From Octopus sinensis (taxonomy: Eukaryota): DNA of 64,000 nt. Both the position numbers and the translations under genes were made by a program. Where the stretch lies: assembly GCF_006345805.1 (NCBI RefSeq), contig NC_043000.1, positions 114,576,001-114,640,000 on the forward strand, given 5' to 3'. Below are positions 1-10,855 of this stretch, one piece after another (position 1 is the first letter of the stretch; every line of letters starts with the position of its first letter). Under the pieces are notes generated by a model. The model had not been told where the DNA came from and made no database searches. It was given only the letters and a program-made list of their open reading frames with translations.

Positions 1-199
1 GACATTTGAAATTTTGTTTAGGTGAATCTAGCCGAAGAGAACTAATCAAATTTACGCTAACAAACGTAGTTTGGAAAGTTCGAAACTTAGGTCCTGGATT
101 ATCCACATCTGGGTTGTACATTTATTTAATGTTCTTCCTACAAGTAAGATGAATTTTTTTTATGTTCGCCACCCGCAGACATCTTTGCCAGTATATATA

Positions 200-1056
200 T
201 CCAGTATATTATCGACTGCTATTTCACACATCCTGTTGACTGTTCCTTCGTATGTGATAAAAATTACCATTCTCTTTTTTCATTATAATACAACACTCTA
301 GGTGTTAAATAGAGAAGTTTTATCACCAAATACGTTAGACAGTAATTCTATGGTTTCTTTAAAACAAATTTCATTGGTTTTTTGGGGGGTGGGTAATATG
401 AAATTACAATAACGTTCATGCTCTAACGGAGCAAATTTTCGCAATAACAATCTCACTTTTTGTCCGTCCTACCGTGATTTGCAATCTTGCTTAAATATCT
501 CCTCGTACCTTATGTAGTACGATGCAAAAGTTATACCTTCCTCTGTATTATAACTGAATTCATTAATCGAGTTCGAAACACCGTCTGGCGAAAACGAACT
601 TACCTCATTTTTGGGCTTCTCTGAAAATAGCTCCAATAATTGTTGTTGTAGTTGCTGCTGTAATAGTTGCTTCTGTAACTCCTGTTGCTGCTCTTGTTGT
701 TGCTGTTGCAACTGTATTATGGAAGCTAATAGGTCTTTTATTATTTAAGAAGTTGTATCACAAACAAATTGTTAAATAACCTACGCGAACTTCGAAACCC
801 TCATCGCCAGATGTTGTAATGTAATTCGTTACGTACAATAAATAAGATAACCAGACAACAGTAAGAACAATGTAACCAACTAACAAATCTCTTTACGAAC
901 CAACACTCAATAATCCTTGTGAACAACCGACACCTTCCGACTTCACTGCAAACTAACACGAACTTTACTCGACTTCTCACTTGGATCGTTTCTATTTATA
1001 CTTTACTCGGACCAGTCCATCTCTCGCAAGGGGGCGTTGTAACTCTCATCACAACA
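200..1056 (-). mobile_element. Ty3/Gypsy (Mag-like) LTR retrotransposon 5' remnant: LTR, PBS and gag pseudogene
   Basis: Minus-strand gag reads polyQ...SNSINEFSYNTEEGITFASYYIRYEEIF, then an in-frame TAG at 469-471, then DGQKVRLLLRKFAPLEHERYCNFILP...FKETIELLSNVFGDKTSLFN. It is preceded by an LTR and PBS. Confidence 0.85.
812..1056 (-). repeat. LTR (245 bp) with primer-binding site at 799-809
   Basis: The LTR begins TGTTGTGAT and ends ATTACAACA (8/9 inverted termini). After a 2-nt spacer comes TGGCGATGAGG, one mismatch from the complement of the tRNA-Ser(GCU) 3' end (CCUCGUCGCCA). Confidence 0.8.
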
Positions 1057-1209
1057 CATACGCATACACGTATTTATTTACATAATTGATGCTTTGTTTC
1101 TGAGTTGGATACCATCTCTTTCTCTGCTGGTGATGACTCTATAGAACAAATCAGAAGACACATACACACACAATCAAAACCGAATATACATATTGGAACG
1201 TGTACTTAC

Positions 1210-1295
1210 GCTCGTAATTCTTTATTTCGTTTCTCTCTCATCTTCAACATATCCCGTTTTGCTTCCGCATAAGCTTCGCATGCTTTAACTTCCTC
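1210..1295 (-). CDS. CFAP210: CFAP210/CCDC173-like gene, visible exon 5 (86 nt, phase 0 to 2)
   Basis: Acceptor ttcttttgtgacag, donor GC|gtaagt. Encodes EEVKACEAYAEAKRDMLKMREKRNKELR and is phase-compatible with exon 4. Confidence 0.8.
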
Positions 1296-1544
1296 CTGTC
1301 ACAAAAGAATACCATAGAAAGTTAACACTTCAAAAATATGTTTGTCAATTGTTTCTTTTACGTGAAGATAATCATGAAGCCATACTCTGAGTCCATAACA
1401 TATCACCACAATATGGTCAGTGGGTACCTTTAATGGAGAGTACCTTCATTCTACTCGAATCAAACTACTGGTTCTCATTCTTTAAAGATTGGACGGAAAG
1501 GGGTGGGGGAAAGGGTATCTTTTTTCTTCCCAAATGTAAATAAA

Positions 1545-1769
1545 CCCTCTCTGTGTTTAGCCCCTAGTGGGTAGTAAAGAAATAGGTATTTCGTCTGCCG
1601 CTGCGTTCTGAGTTCAAATTCCGCCGAGGTCGACTTTGCCTTTCATCATTTCGGGGCCGATAAATTAAGTACCAGTTACGCACTGGGGTCGATGTAATCG
1701 GCTTCATCCGTTTGTCTGTCCTTGTTTGTTCCCTCTGTGTTTAGCCCCTTGTGGGTAGTAAAAAAATAG
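1545..1769 (+). mobile_element. SINE family 1, headless tandem piece (end of tail A + body + tail A)
   Basis: Junction aaagaaatag|gtatttcgtc at 1585/1586, B-box-like gagttcaaattcc, same body as the other copies. Confidence 0.85.
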
Positions 1770-2220
1770 GTTTGTTCAATCAGAAAAGAGATCGATGTAA
1801 CTGCTCTGATTAGCTAATAAGTAAATTTGAATTTGTGTTACATGTATAAGATTTCAAAGTGTTCAAAGTTCCGATCACAAGGTAACGCAGTATTTCCCCC
1901 ATTAACAAAAGAGCTGGTTCAAATCATTCTCTTGTAACATTTGAAAGTCTTGAATAATTTGTTTGTGATTGATTAACACTTCGTTTTTACCATTCACCAA
2001 ATATATTCATCTGCCCGAAGAATTTCTAATCTGAAACAGGTCACGACCAAAGCGATTTGGCTTGTTTGCGGACAATACAGTTCCAGGAACTCGTGAATGT
2101 GTGAGAACAGCGAGTTACTGAGTGAAAATATATCCGTTTATATGAGGTTATATTTATTTTTATGCAATGGCTGTGTACGTCTCATTAGTACTGGACTGTG
2201 CATGTGTATGCATGTATGTG

Positions 2221-2258
<38 letters not shown>

Positions 2259-2569
2259 TGTGTGATTACTTTACATGTGTGTGTGTGTATACCTTATGTA
2301 CACCTGTGATTGTGCGTATATCTTCATGTTGTGTATATATGCATCACTAGATGTGTTTATGTCTCTTTCTTCTTTTAAATTATTTGAATTCGACTGACGA
2401 GGAACAACTTGGTTTTCAACAAAGAAACAAAATAAATGCCCAACCATACTACTTCTTGCTGACTCCAACTTATTCAGTTAAAGTGAACTTGCCCCACAAT
2501 AACACCATACCTCTTCCTTTCCTGAGCACGCTGAAGGTCTGCCATTATATATATATATATATATATATA

Positions 2570-3172
2570 CAGGATGCGTACGATATTTGAGGATAGATTT
2601 ATGTTTATAAAAAAAAACAGATATGTAATAACAAATAACTTTATTTATCAAAAAATGTTATGAGGATAAAAATAAACCTTCTTTTCTATAAATCCACCTT
2701 CAGCTTCAACAACTGCTTCTGTATATGAGATCTAAATCATCTACATGCTCGAATCAAGTGGTCCTGGTTCATTTTGGACATTACTCTGAATATGGTAGCT
2801 TTCACAGAAGCTTTGGTGTTATGGGCGTTTTCATTGATCTCTCTCTCTCTCTCAACAATGTTCCACATGTAATAGTCAAATGGATTGTGATTTGGGGAAT
2901 TAGGAGGCTAAGTGTTACGGATTATATGTTCATAAAAAGTTTCAGCCATCCATTCCTGTGTTACTAGAGCCATGTGTGATAGTGCAGAGTCTTACTGAAA
3001 CACATATGACCTTCCATTGCATACACTGTTTATCCAGGGCTTAACAATTATTCCCAGGATCTCAGTGTAGGCGGTAGAGTTAACTCTAAGGCCTTGTGGA
3101 AAGAAGTAAGGATGTATCACATGTAAGGAGGCATCACAAAAAGTTATGTCCTCAAATACCTTACGTACCCTG
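2570..3172 (-). mobile_element. Internally deleted Tc1/mariner DNA transposon
   Basis: Imperfect TIRs of about 27 bp (caggatgcgtacgatatttgaggata versus cagggtacgtaaggtatttgaggaca) flanked by TA. The minus strand encodes a decayed transposase C-terminus: YVFQ*DSALSH...PPNSPNHNPFDYYMW...EAEGGFIE. Confidence 0.85.
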
Positions 3173-3218
3173 TATATATATATATATAATCAAAATAAGC
3201 AACAAGAATGACTCCGGT

Positions 3219-3310
3219 AATTTGGTACGATCGTTTCGTACTACATCATTTTATTAAATGTTGTAAGTATTACAACAGTTTTAAAATGCTGAGCACTCAT
3301 CAGAGGTTTT
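3219..3310 (-). ncRNA. Degenerate type I hammerhead-like motif (Penelope-type)
   Basis: CTGATGA, extended stem II closing GTGC/GTAC, GAAA, palindromic stem III AC-GATC-GT, then A. Stem I does not pair. Confidence 0.45.
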
Positions 3311-4199
3311 CCATTAATACAAAAAATTTCATATCAAGTGGCAACATTATGGAGAAGGTAGATACATAGACAAAGATGTGGATTTAAATTTTAAGAACAT
3401 TTGAGGTAGTGGAGCCCATCAACTGACTGGCTAAGATTCAGTTGTTCCAGACTACTGTAAGGTTCTGAGAGGGAAGAACAAATGAAAGGAGACAATAAAG
3501 ATTTTCTAATTATAGAAATGGGGTAAAGGGGATGTCATAGCTCCATATAAAGAATTTATGTAGAAGACAGCATTGTCACAACTAAATGCCAATTACTACT
3601 ATTTGATGAACAGATTCAGCGTTAAGAGAACTAGGTCAAAGTCAAATGGTCACAATAACATTCACAGAGAATGCAGAGACCTTATAAACCCTATGCATAT
3701 CAACACAACAGTTGGTCTATAAGTTCCAAGTACTTTGACACGTTAGAATAAAGGAAAAAATATAAATCTAAAAATTTATTCAAATTTGGAGAAAGAGACT
3801 GTCACTTATTATGAGTAGGCATAGTACTTATTAACTGGGGGGGGGAAGCCTTATTAATCAAGTGAACATATTAGGGGTCAAAATATATACTAAGAAAGAT
3901 GGAAGAGGGAAAATCAAAAAAGGAAAATATTCATAGGTTTAGTAGAAGGCGATATTATATAATATGAAGAGAGGTAATTTAGAAGAGTAAATTATTCAAA
4001 TTTCATGGATAGTGAGTTGATATTAATGAATTAAAATATAGGATCTATTGGAAATAAAATTTACTACCTGCGGATAAAAGTTAATTAGTTAGGTAAAAAT
4101 ATCTTAGGTTAATTATATATTAAGAAATGGGAGGGAGATAATCAAGATGAACCAAATAGTTTCCCTAGGGACATAGGATTAATGCTACTTCGTATTGGA

Positions 4200-4358
4200 A
4201 AACATTATATATATATATAGTTGAAATTTACAGAAAAACAAAAGATGAAGACAAGTGTATAAAAAACAAGCAAGTGTATTAGTTTAACGATCGGGAAGGT
4301 GAGAAAGTCTTTTACGTTTCGAGCATACGGTCTTCAACAGAAAGGAACACGAGGCCAG
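4200..4358 (-). mobile_element. Short Penelope-terminus-like repeat containing a minimal hammerhead-like motif (4309-4344)
   Basis: Same family as 10515-10720 and 63785-63970. Motif CTTT-CTGTTGAA-GACCgtatGCTC-GAAA-CGTA-AAAG; the left end abuts (TA)n. Confidence 0.55.
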
Positions 4359-4754
4359 TCATGTCGTGCACACACATACGCACACAAACACTCACACACA
4401 CACGCACATATATATATATATATAGGTGTGTGCGCGTGGTATTTAAAGTTAGAATGCACAAACAAATACAAAATACGACATTATTGATCGTAACTGATAG
4501 TTTCAAGATTACGATGGCCACCGTTTGAAGAAACTATACCGACAGGGCATTTGTTACTGAATATATTTAAGCTTCAGAGAAAGAATAAGTCGGGAAGGAC
4601 GTGACATATGAAGAAAGATGTTGTAGGAAAATATACATTCTATGTTTTGTGGATAAGTCAGTATGATAGATGACTAGATAACCAGAACTTGGTCTATGCG
4701 CGGGTAGGGAGATATATTATGATAATATCAGCCGTGACTGACAGAGAATCTCAC

Positions 4755-4965
4755 CTCTTCTTTCTTCTTTTCAAGTTCTCTAATCTCTGCATCCCCTTTT
4801 ATTCGTTTCCTGCGTTCTGCAGCAAATTTCAAGGACTTCTCTTTTTCTTCTTTCTGCAGTTGACGGATTTCGCTCGCCCATTCCTCGGCTAGCTGGTTCA
4901 AATGCTTCTGTTCCTGTTTCTGGGCCTCTTTCTCTTGCTTTTTTTCGTCAATGTTGCTCTGGATT
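4755..4965 (-). CDS. CFAP210: CFAP210/CCDC173-like gene, visible exon 4 (211 nt, phase 2 to 0)
   Basis: Acceptor tttatcctcacag, donor GAG|gtgaga. Open frame IQSNIDEKKQEKEAQKQEQKHLNQLAEEW...IRELEKKKEE. Confidence 0.85.
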
Positions 4966-5101
4966 CTGTGAGGATAAATATAGATAGCTTAGTACACATC
5001 TCTCTCTCTCGCTCTCTTTCTCCCCCTCTCTTTCCCTCCCCCTCTCCATCTCTCCCACTCTCACTCCCTCCCTCTCTGTATAGATATATTTGTGTGTATG
5101 C

Positions 5102-5132
<31 letters not shown>

Positions 5133-5140
5133 TGTATGTA

Positions 5141-5613
5141 CTTTTGAGAAATATCGAGTTGCACATGAGAAAGTAAGGAGGGATGTTAGGAAGGGCTTCG
5201 CTGTTACACTTCCAGATGGGAAGGGTTTTCCTATGATGCTGACATGCAGTGTCTGTGCAAGACCCTGCCTCAGTAAAGCTAGACTCAAGAGTCATCATCG
5301 TAGTCATAAACCGAGACAGATGAATGGGAACCTGGCTACTGGTGGTGGTGTAACACACCATACTAATCATATCTGTCGGGCATGTCGAAGAGAGTGTAAT
5401 TCGGCAGGAAAACTTAAACGACATGCAAAAGTACATGAAGCCCAGTTACAACTACAGCCGGCTATTACCGGTAAAGGTTTTAGCTGCCAATTCTGTACAA
5501 GGCATTGTAGATCTTTAGCTGGGCTAAAAAGTCTCATTCGATCACAGCACCAATAACAGTTAAGCTTCGTGCAATGGCCATACTCGGTAACGAGGGGGCA
5601 GCCATGATAATAA
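5141..5613 (+). mobile_element. 5'-truncated RTE-clade LINE 3' end with three C2H2 fingers, set in (GTAT)n
   Basis: FEKYRVAHEKVRRDVRK followed by three C-x2-C-x12-H-x3-H-type motifs, the third degenerate. Homologous to 33660-34050. Confidence 0.7.
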
Positions 5614-5857
5614 TGTATGTATGTATGTATGTATGTATGTATGTATGTATGTATGTATGTATGTATGTATGTATGGGTGTATGGGTGTGTGTGTCTGTGT
5701 ATGTAAGCGTGTTAACCGGCCATAACGAAATATGCTCTCGAAAACATACAATACTTGTCGAAGCAAATGTATCATAGATACAGTTGACTGTCACTACAAG
5801 TTTTGATTCTCAAATGTTATTCAAGTATACATGCACTTTATAGTGAGAGGGAGAGAG

Positions 5858-5929
<72 letters not shown>

Positions 5930-6374
5930 ACAGACAGAGACGGAAAGAGAGACAGAGGCAGAAAGAGAAGGTAAGGTAAATAGAGAAGTACAGAGGTAGA
6001 TGGTTACCGAGATAGCTATATTGATCAATAAATGTGCGTGTGTGCGTATGTATGTGTATAAATATATTTATATATATATATATATATATATACCCATATC
6101 TCGTTCACATAAACAATTACTTTTCCAAGGAGATCAGATTTAATGTCTTTCAATAATAATTGCCGCTTCAACTTAATCTTTACAGTAATATTTGGGCAAT
6201 CAACAGCTCTTTGCCCTCTAATAAGCTCGTTTTCTACTTCTACCCACTTAAAATTACATGTGAAAATTGCAAGTAAAGTAGGTTTTTCCAACTGTTCTTA
6301 CTACAGCCACAACATCTTGGTAGTGCTTCGCTATATATCCATCACTACCTACAAGTGAATTTGGCAGTGTACAC

Positions 6375-6604
6375 CTATTTCTTTACTACCCACAAGGGAC
6401 TAAATACAGAGAGGACAAACAAAGACAGACAAACGGATTAAGTCGATTAAATCGTCCCCAGTGCGTAACTAGTACTTATTTAATACCCCGAAAGGATGAA
6501 AGGCAAAGTCGACCTCGGCGGAATTTGAACTCAGAACGTAGCGGCAGACGAAATACCGCTAAGCATTTCGCCCGGCGTGCTAACGTTTCTGCCAGCTCGC
6601 CACC
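6375..6604 (-). mobile_element. SINE family 1, full head + body + tail A
   Basis: tRNA-like head ggtggcgagctggcagaaacg (A-box-like), B-box-like gagttcaaattcc. Probable TSD aggt(a/g)tacactgcc. Confidence 0.9.
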
Positions 6605-7819
6605 TTAGGGGTTAGGGGCAGTGTATACCTGTGACTTGTAAGATCAGCATCAACAGTGTAAACAGTATCTGTAAAAATTCTGTTCTCGATGTCGCTTGAT
6701 GGCTGCGAATGTGTTTTAGACGACAGGACTTTAACTTGTATTCATCTCAATACTGCTAAAACAAACGTTGTCCATGGTGTAATATATTAACTGATAGCAA
6801 ACAGAATGAAGCAATTAAACTATATACGGGTCATTTGCTAGTTGACCATCTTATCTAATGACACAAGATGCCAGCTATTTGAACCGGAAGGAAGAAACAT
6901 GGCTGCATCATTGGATCATAAAATTTATGAGAGTCACTAACAGTTTTCTAAATTTTCAATCTTATTTCCTACTCTAAAACCTGTTATAATCATTCTTTGT
7001 GAATTATGTGCTCCTTCTTTATGAACATCTGGCATTAGTATGGCAAGTTCGTAGCAAGATGGTAATTAACATGTCAAGTAATGTTCACCAACTGACTTCT
7101 TATCGGCGTGTAAATCTATCTGTAAAGTTGCGGGAACATTTCCAACATCAATTTGTTCCTGCACTGATAAGTAAGACTGCTAGTAACTATTTCCGGCAGA
7201 TGTCACAGCCGAATATAATTTCCAAAATATTATTTCATCGAGAACTTATTCAGCATTACACCTAGGCATTCTTTCAATGCGTTGCCTCCTTATCTGTTCT
7301 ATCGGACACTGAAGTAAGTATGTAGGCAGGATTGTACGCTATGACCAACATTTCTCGTATGACCAACAAACCTGTATACAACTCCCTGTATTCCATAAGC
7401 AGCAAGTCTTCTAGTCTCTGTTGCATCATCTAGTTCCATAGAACATATGGGACATGGCACCGTCGAATTTTCTTATATAATGATTTAAATATTTTGCTTC
7501 TCATTTATTGTCTACAGAATGTGAATCCTTTCAATTTTTACGATTCCAGAAAACACGAACTTGTTGCAATTATGACACTGTACTTCCACTTTCAATAGAA
7601 AAAAAATCAACGTTATCTTGTCGAAGATCATCTACGTCATGATGATGGCTAATATTAAGTGCTAATCCCTGATTATTTTACCAATATAAACTGTGCTGAG
7701 AAGCATCTTGCTTAAATTTGCTGACGTTTTCTCTGGAAATTCTACACCAAAGTGCATCTCTTACAAGAGTTTCTACTTTTTGTTCTACTAAAAGTCTCCG
7801 ATGGCGTTGACTGTGTCTT

Positions 7820-8051
7820 GGATGGCGAACTGGCAGAAAGGTTAGCACGCCGGGCGAAATGCTTAACAGTATTGCGCCTGCCGCTACGTTCTGAGTTCAA
7901 ATTCCGCCGAGGTCGACTTTGCTTTTCATCCTTTCGGGGTCGATTAAATAAGTACCAGTTACGCACTGGGGTCGACATAATCGACTTAATCCGTTTGTCT
8001 GTCCTTGTTTGCCCCTCTTTATGTAGCCCCTTGTGGGCAGTAAAGAAATAG
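7820..8051 (+). mobile_element. SINE family 1, full head + body + tail A
   Basis: Same sequence family, opposite orientation to 6375-6604. Confidence 0.9.
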
Positions 8052-8088
8052 GAAACTGAAAGAAGTTCGTCGTGTATACATACATACA

Positions 8089-8124
<36 letters not shown>

Positions 8125-8150
8125 TATGTATATATCTATATATCTATCTA

Positions 8151-8214
<64 letters not shown>

Positions 8215-8970
8215 ATTATATATATATATATATATATAGATATATATATATATATATATGTGTATATGTATATAATATATATGTATGATATATATATATA
8301 CATATATACATATATACATATAAAATGCTAAAAGTAAGAGCAGGCAATGTTTCACCCTGATGTTACATGCGTACAGATCATAAAAAAGAAGGAAAATACA
8401 TCTTTCCTTTCTTCCTCCTTATGTCCTTACACTCATGTACAATCATGTTCATAGATGCAAATGCCATAGTCTAAACTGATCTCAATTGTTTTGCCTGCTC
8501 ATAATCTTATCCTTTTTCTAATCATGGCTGCTCAATTCATGCTCGTGACTTCAAACCAAGGGATTGACCTGCAGCCAGTCGTTACTATGCAGCTATGACA
8601 TCCTTGCATTTTGTTGCAGTTCAATTTGCAGTTTTGGGCAGCAGGGCATCCTTGTGCATTAATTGCATATTACTTTATCTAATTAGACGTGATATTGCAT
8701 ATATACATACATACATACATACATACATACATACGCACATACATACATACATACATACGCACATAAATACATACATACATACATATATACATACATAAAT
8801 ACATACATACATACATACATTCATACATACATATACATACATACATACATACATACATACATACATACATACATACATACACATACATACATACATACAT
8901 ACACACACACATACATACATACACATACACATATATATATATACATACATGCGTACATGCACACATACAT

Positions 8971-9197
8971 ATTGAGAACTATTGAAAAATCTGCTGTTAC
9001 TCTATCCAGATTACAAGTTTAGGTTTATACCAGTAATCATTGGGGCCCTGGGATATGTAACACACTGCCTAAATACCAGTCTTGAGAAATTAGGCTTCTC
9101 AAAACCAGGAAGGAGAAAGCTAATTCGAGGACTACAGGTCCAAGCCATCACTGGAACTGTAAAAATCTGTAAAACTTTCCAAAAGTTTATTATTTAA
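8971..9197 (+). mobile_element. 3' fragment of an R4-like restriction-endonuclease LINE within (TACA)n
   Basis: YPDYKFRFIPVIIGALGYV...QVQAITGTVKICKTF, homologous to 45720-45915. Confidence 0.7.
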
Positions 9198-9441
9198 AAA
9201 TATATGAGCATGTCAAAATATATAACTATATGCATAAGAATACATACATACATACATACATATATACATACATACACACATACATATGAATACACATGCA
9301 TGATTAATGTTTTTAACGATCACCTAAGAAATGTGTGTACGCACTTGTATGTGCGTGTGTGTGCATATATTTATATGTATTGATACATATGTATGTGCCT
9401 ATATATACATATACATAAACCTACATACATACGTTCATACG

Positions 9442-9523
<82 letters not shown>

Positions 9524-9630
9524 CACTCTATAAATAATACATAAATATATGCATATATACATACATATATGTACATACCTACATTACAACTCACCACGTG
9601 GGGATAATCGAAATTCCTCTTTTCTGTTAC

Positions 9631-9673
<43 letters not shown>

Positions 9674-10070
9674 CGTGTACTCAATAAAATATGTACTGGT
9701 AACTATGTATTGGATGTGCATGTCCCAACGTGTAAATACATTAATTTAAATATGTATTTATATACACTAATGAATAACGGTTTATAAGTTTCACAAGATA
9801 CGCATTATAACGGTCAGTTTTCAAAATTCCATCTATCCTCCATTCTGATTATGTGACATTTTGCTATTCCTCTACACCTGTCCACAACTGTATCTATTAC
9901 CAAACCAATAAGAAAAATCTATGTGTTGATTTTTTTATTTCATTCTATTTTATGCTTTTATTATTTTTTTCTTTATTTTATTTTTTATGCATACTTTAAT
10001 TCTTTGTTTTCTAATACATGGTAAATTCATGAATATATATAACCCATCACCTAGATACACTTACTATATA

Positions 10071-10107
<37 letters not shown>

Positions 10108-10456
10108 CATTCAACTTAAACTCACTAATACTCTGTATGCATGCTTCAAAGGATAAATGAAAGCCTAAATTCTATAAGCTCATTATAACCCTGAAGAAGT
10201 TCTACCCCATATAGTTAGAATATGATATCTTTCTTAGCATTTAACCAAATGTTTAGAATTTCTGATCAGCTATGGGATAGTACTGAAACATATATGTAGG
10301 TTCTTTTCTTTTTCTTTTCGACCTTTACAACTTGCAATCAATTTATTAATTTGTACTGTTATGTTTTTTAAAAGAAATTTTCAACATTTTATAACATACA
10401 ATAAATTATTCATACATCCATTTTTCTCCATTTTCTTTACCTTCAATATTGATATG

Positions 10457-10512
<56 letters not shown>

Positions 10513-10514
10513 AC

Positions 10515-10720
10515 GGGAAGCTTTATGAAAATAGACAAAAGACGAAGGCAGGTGGAAAACAAACGAACAATTGTATTAGTATGGCGCTCAGGAAATATAA
10601 ATAAAACAAGTCTTTAACGTTTCGAGCCTACGCTCTTCAACAGAAAGATACACAGAGAGAAAAAAAACACAGAAAGAAGGAGAGAAAAAAATGCGTGCAG
10701 TAGCTAACGAATCAACATGG
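10515..10720 (-). mobile_element. Short Penelope-terminus-like repeat with a minimal hammerhead fold (10611-10648)
   Basis: TCTTT-CTGTTGAA-GAGCgtagGCTC-GAAA-CGTT-AAAGA: 5-bp stem I, 4-bp stem II. Flanked on both sides by (TA)n. Confidence 0.6.
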
Positions 10721-10723
10721 CGA

Positions 10724-10760
<37 letters not shown>

Positions 10761-10822
10761 GTATGTATAAGTATATATATATATATATATATACATATAT
10801 ATATCCATATATACATATACAT

Positions 10823-10854
<32 letters not shown>

Positions 10855-10855
10855 C

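Noticed and set aside
6605-6618. (TTAGGGG)2 telomere-like sequence next to a SINE head
   Set aside because: Only two imperfect units, which is too short to distinguish from chance.
7820-7910. SINE heads as tRNA genes
   Set aside because: A- and B-box-like motifs are present, but there is no cloverleaf and they continue into SINE bodies.
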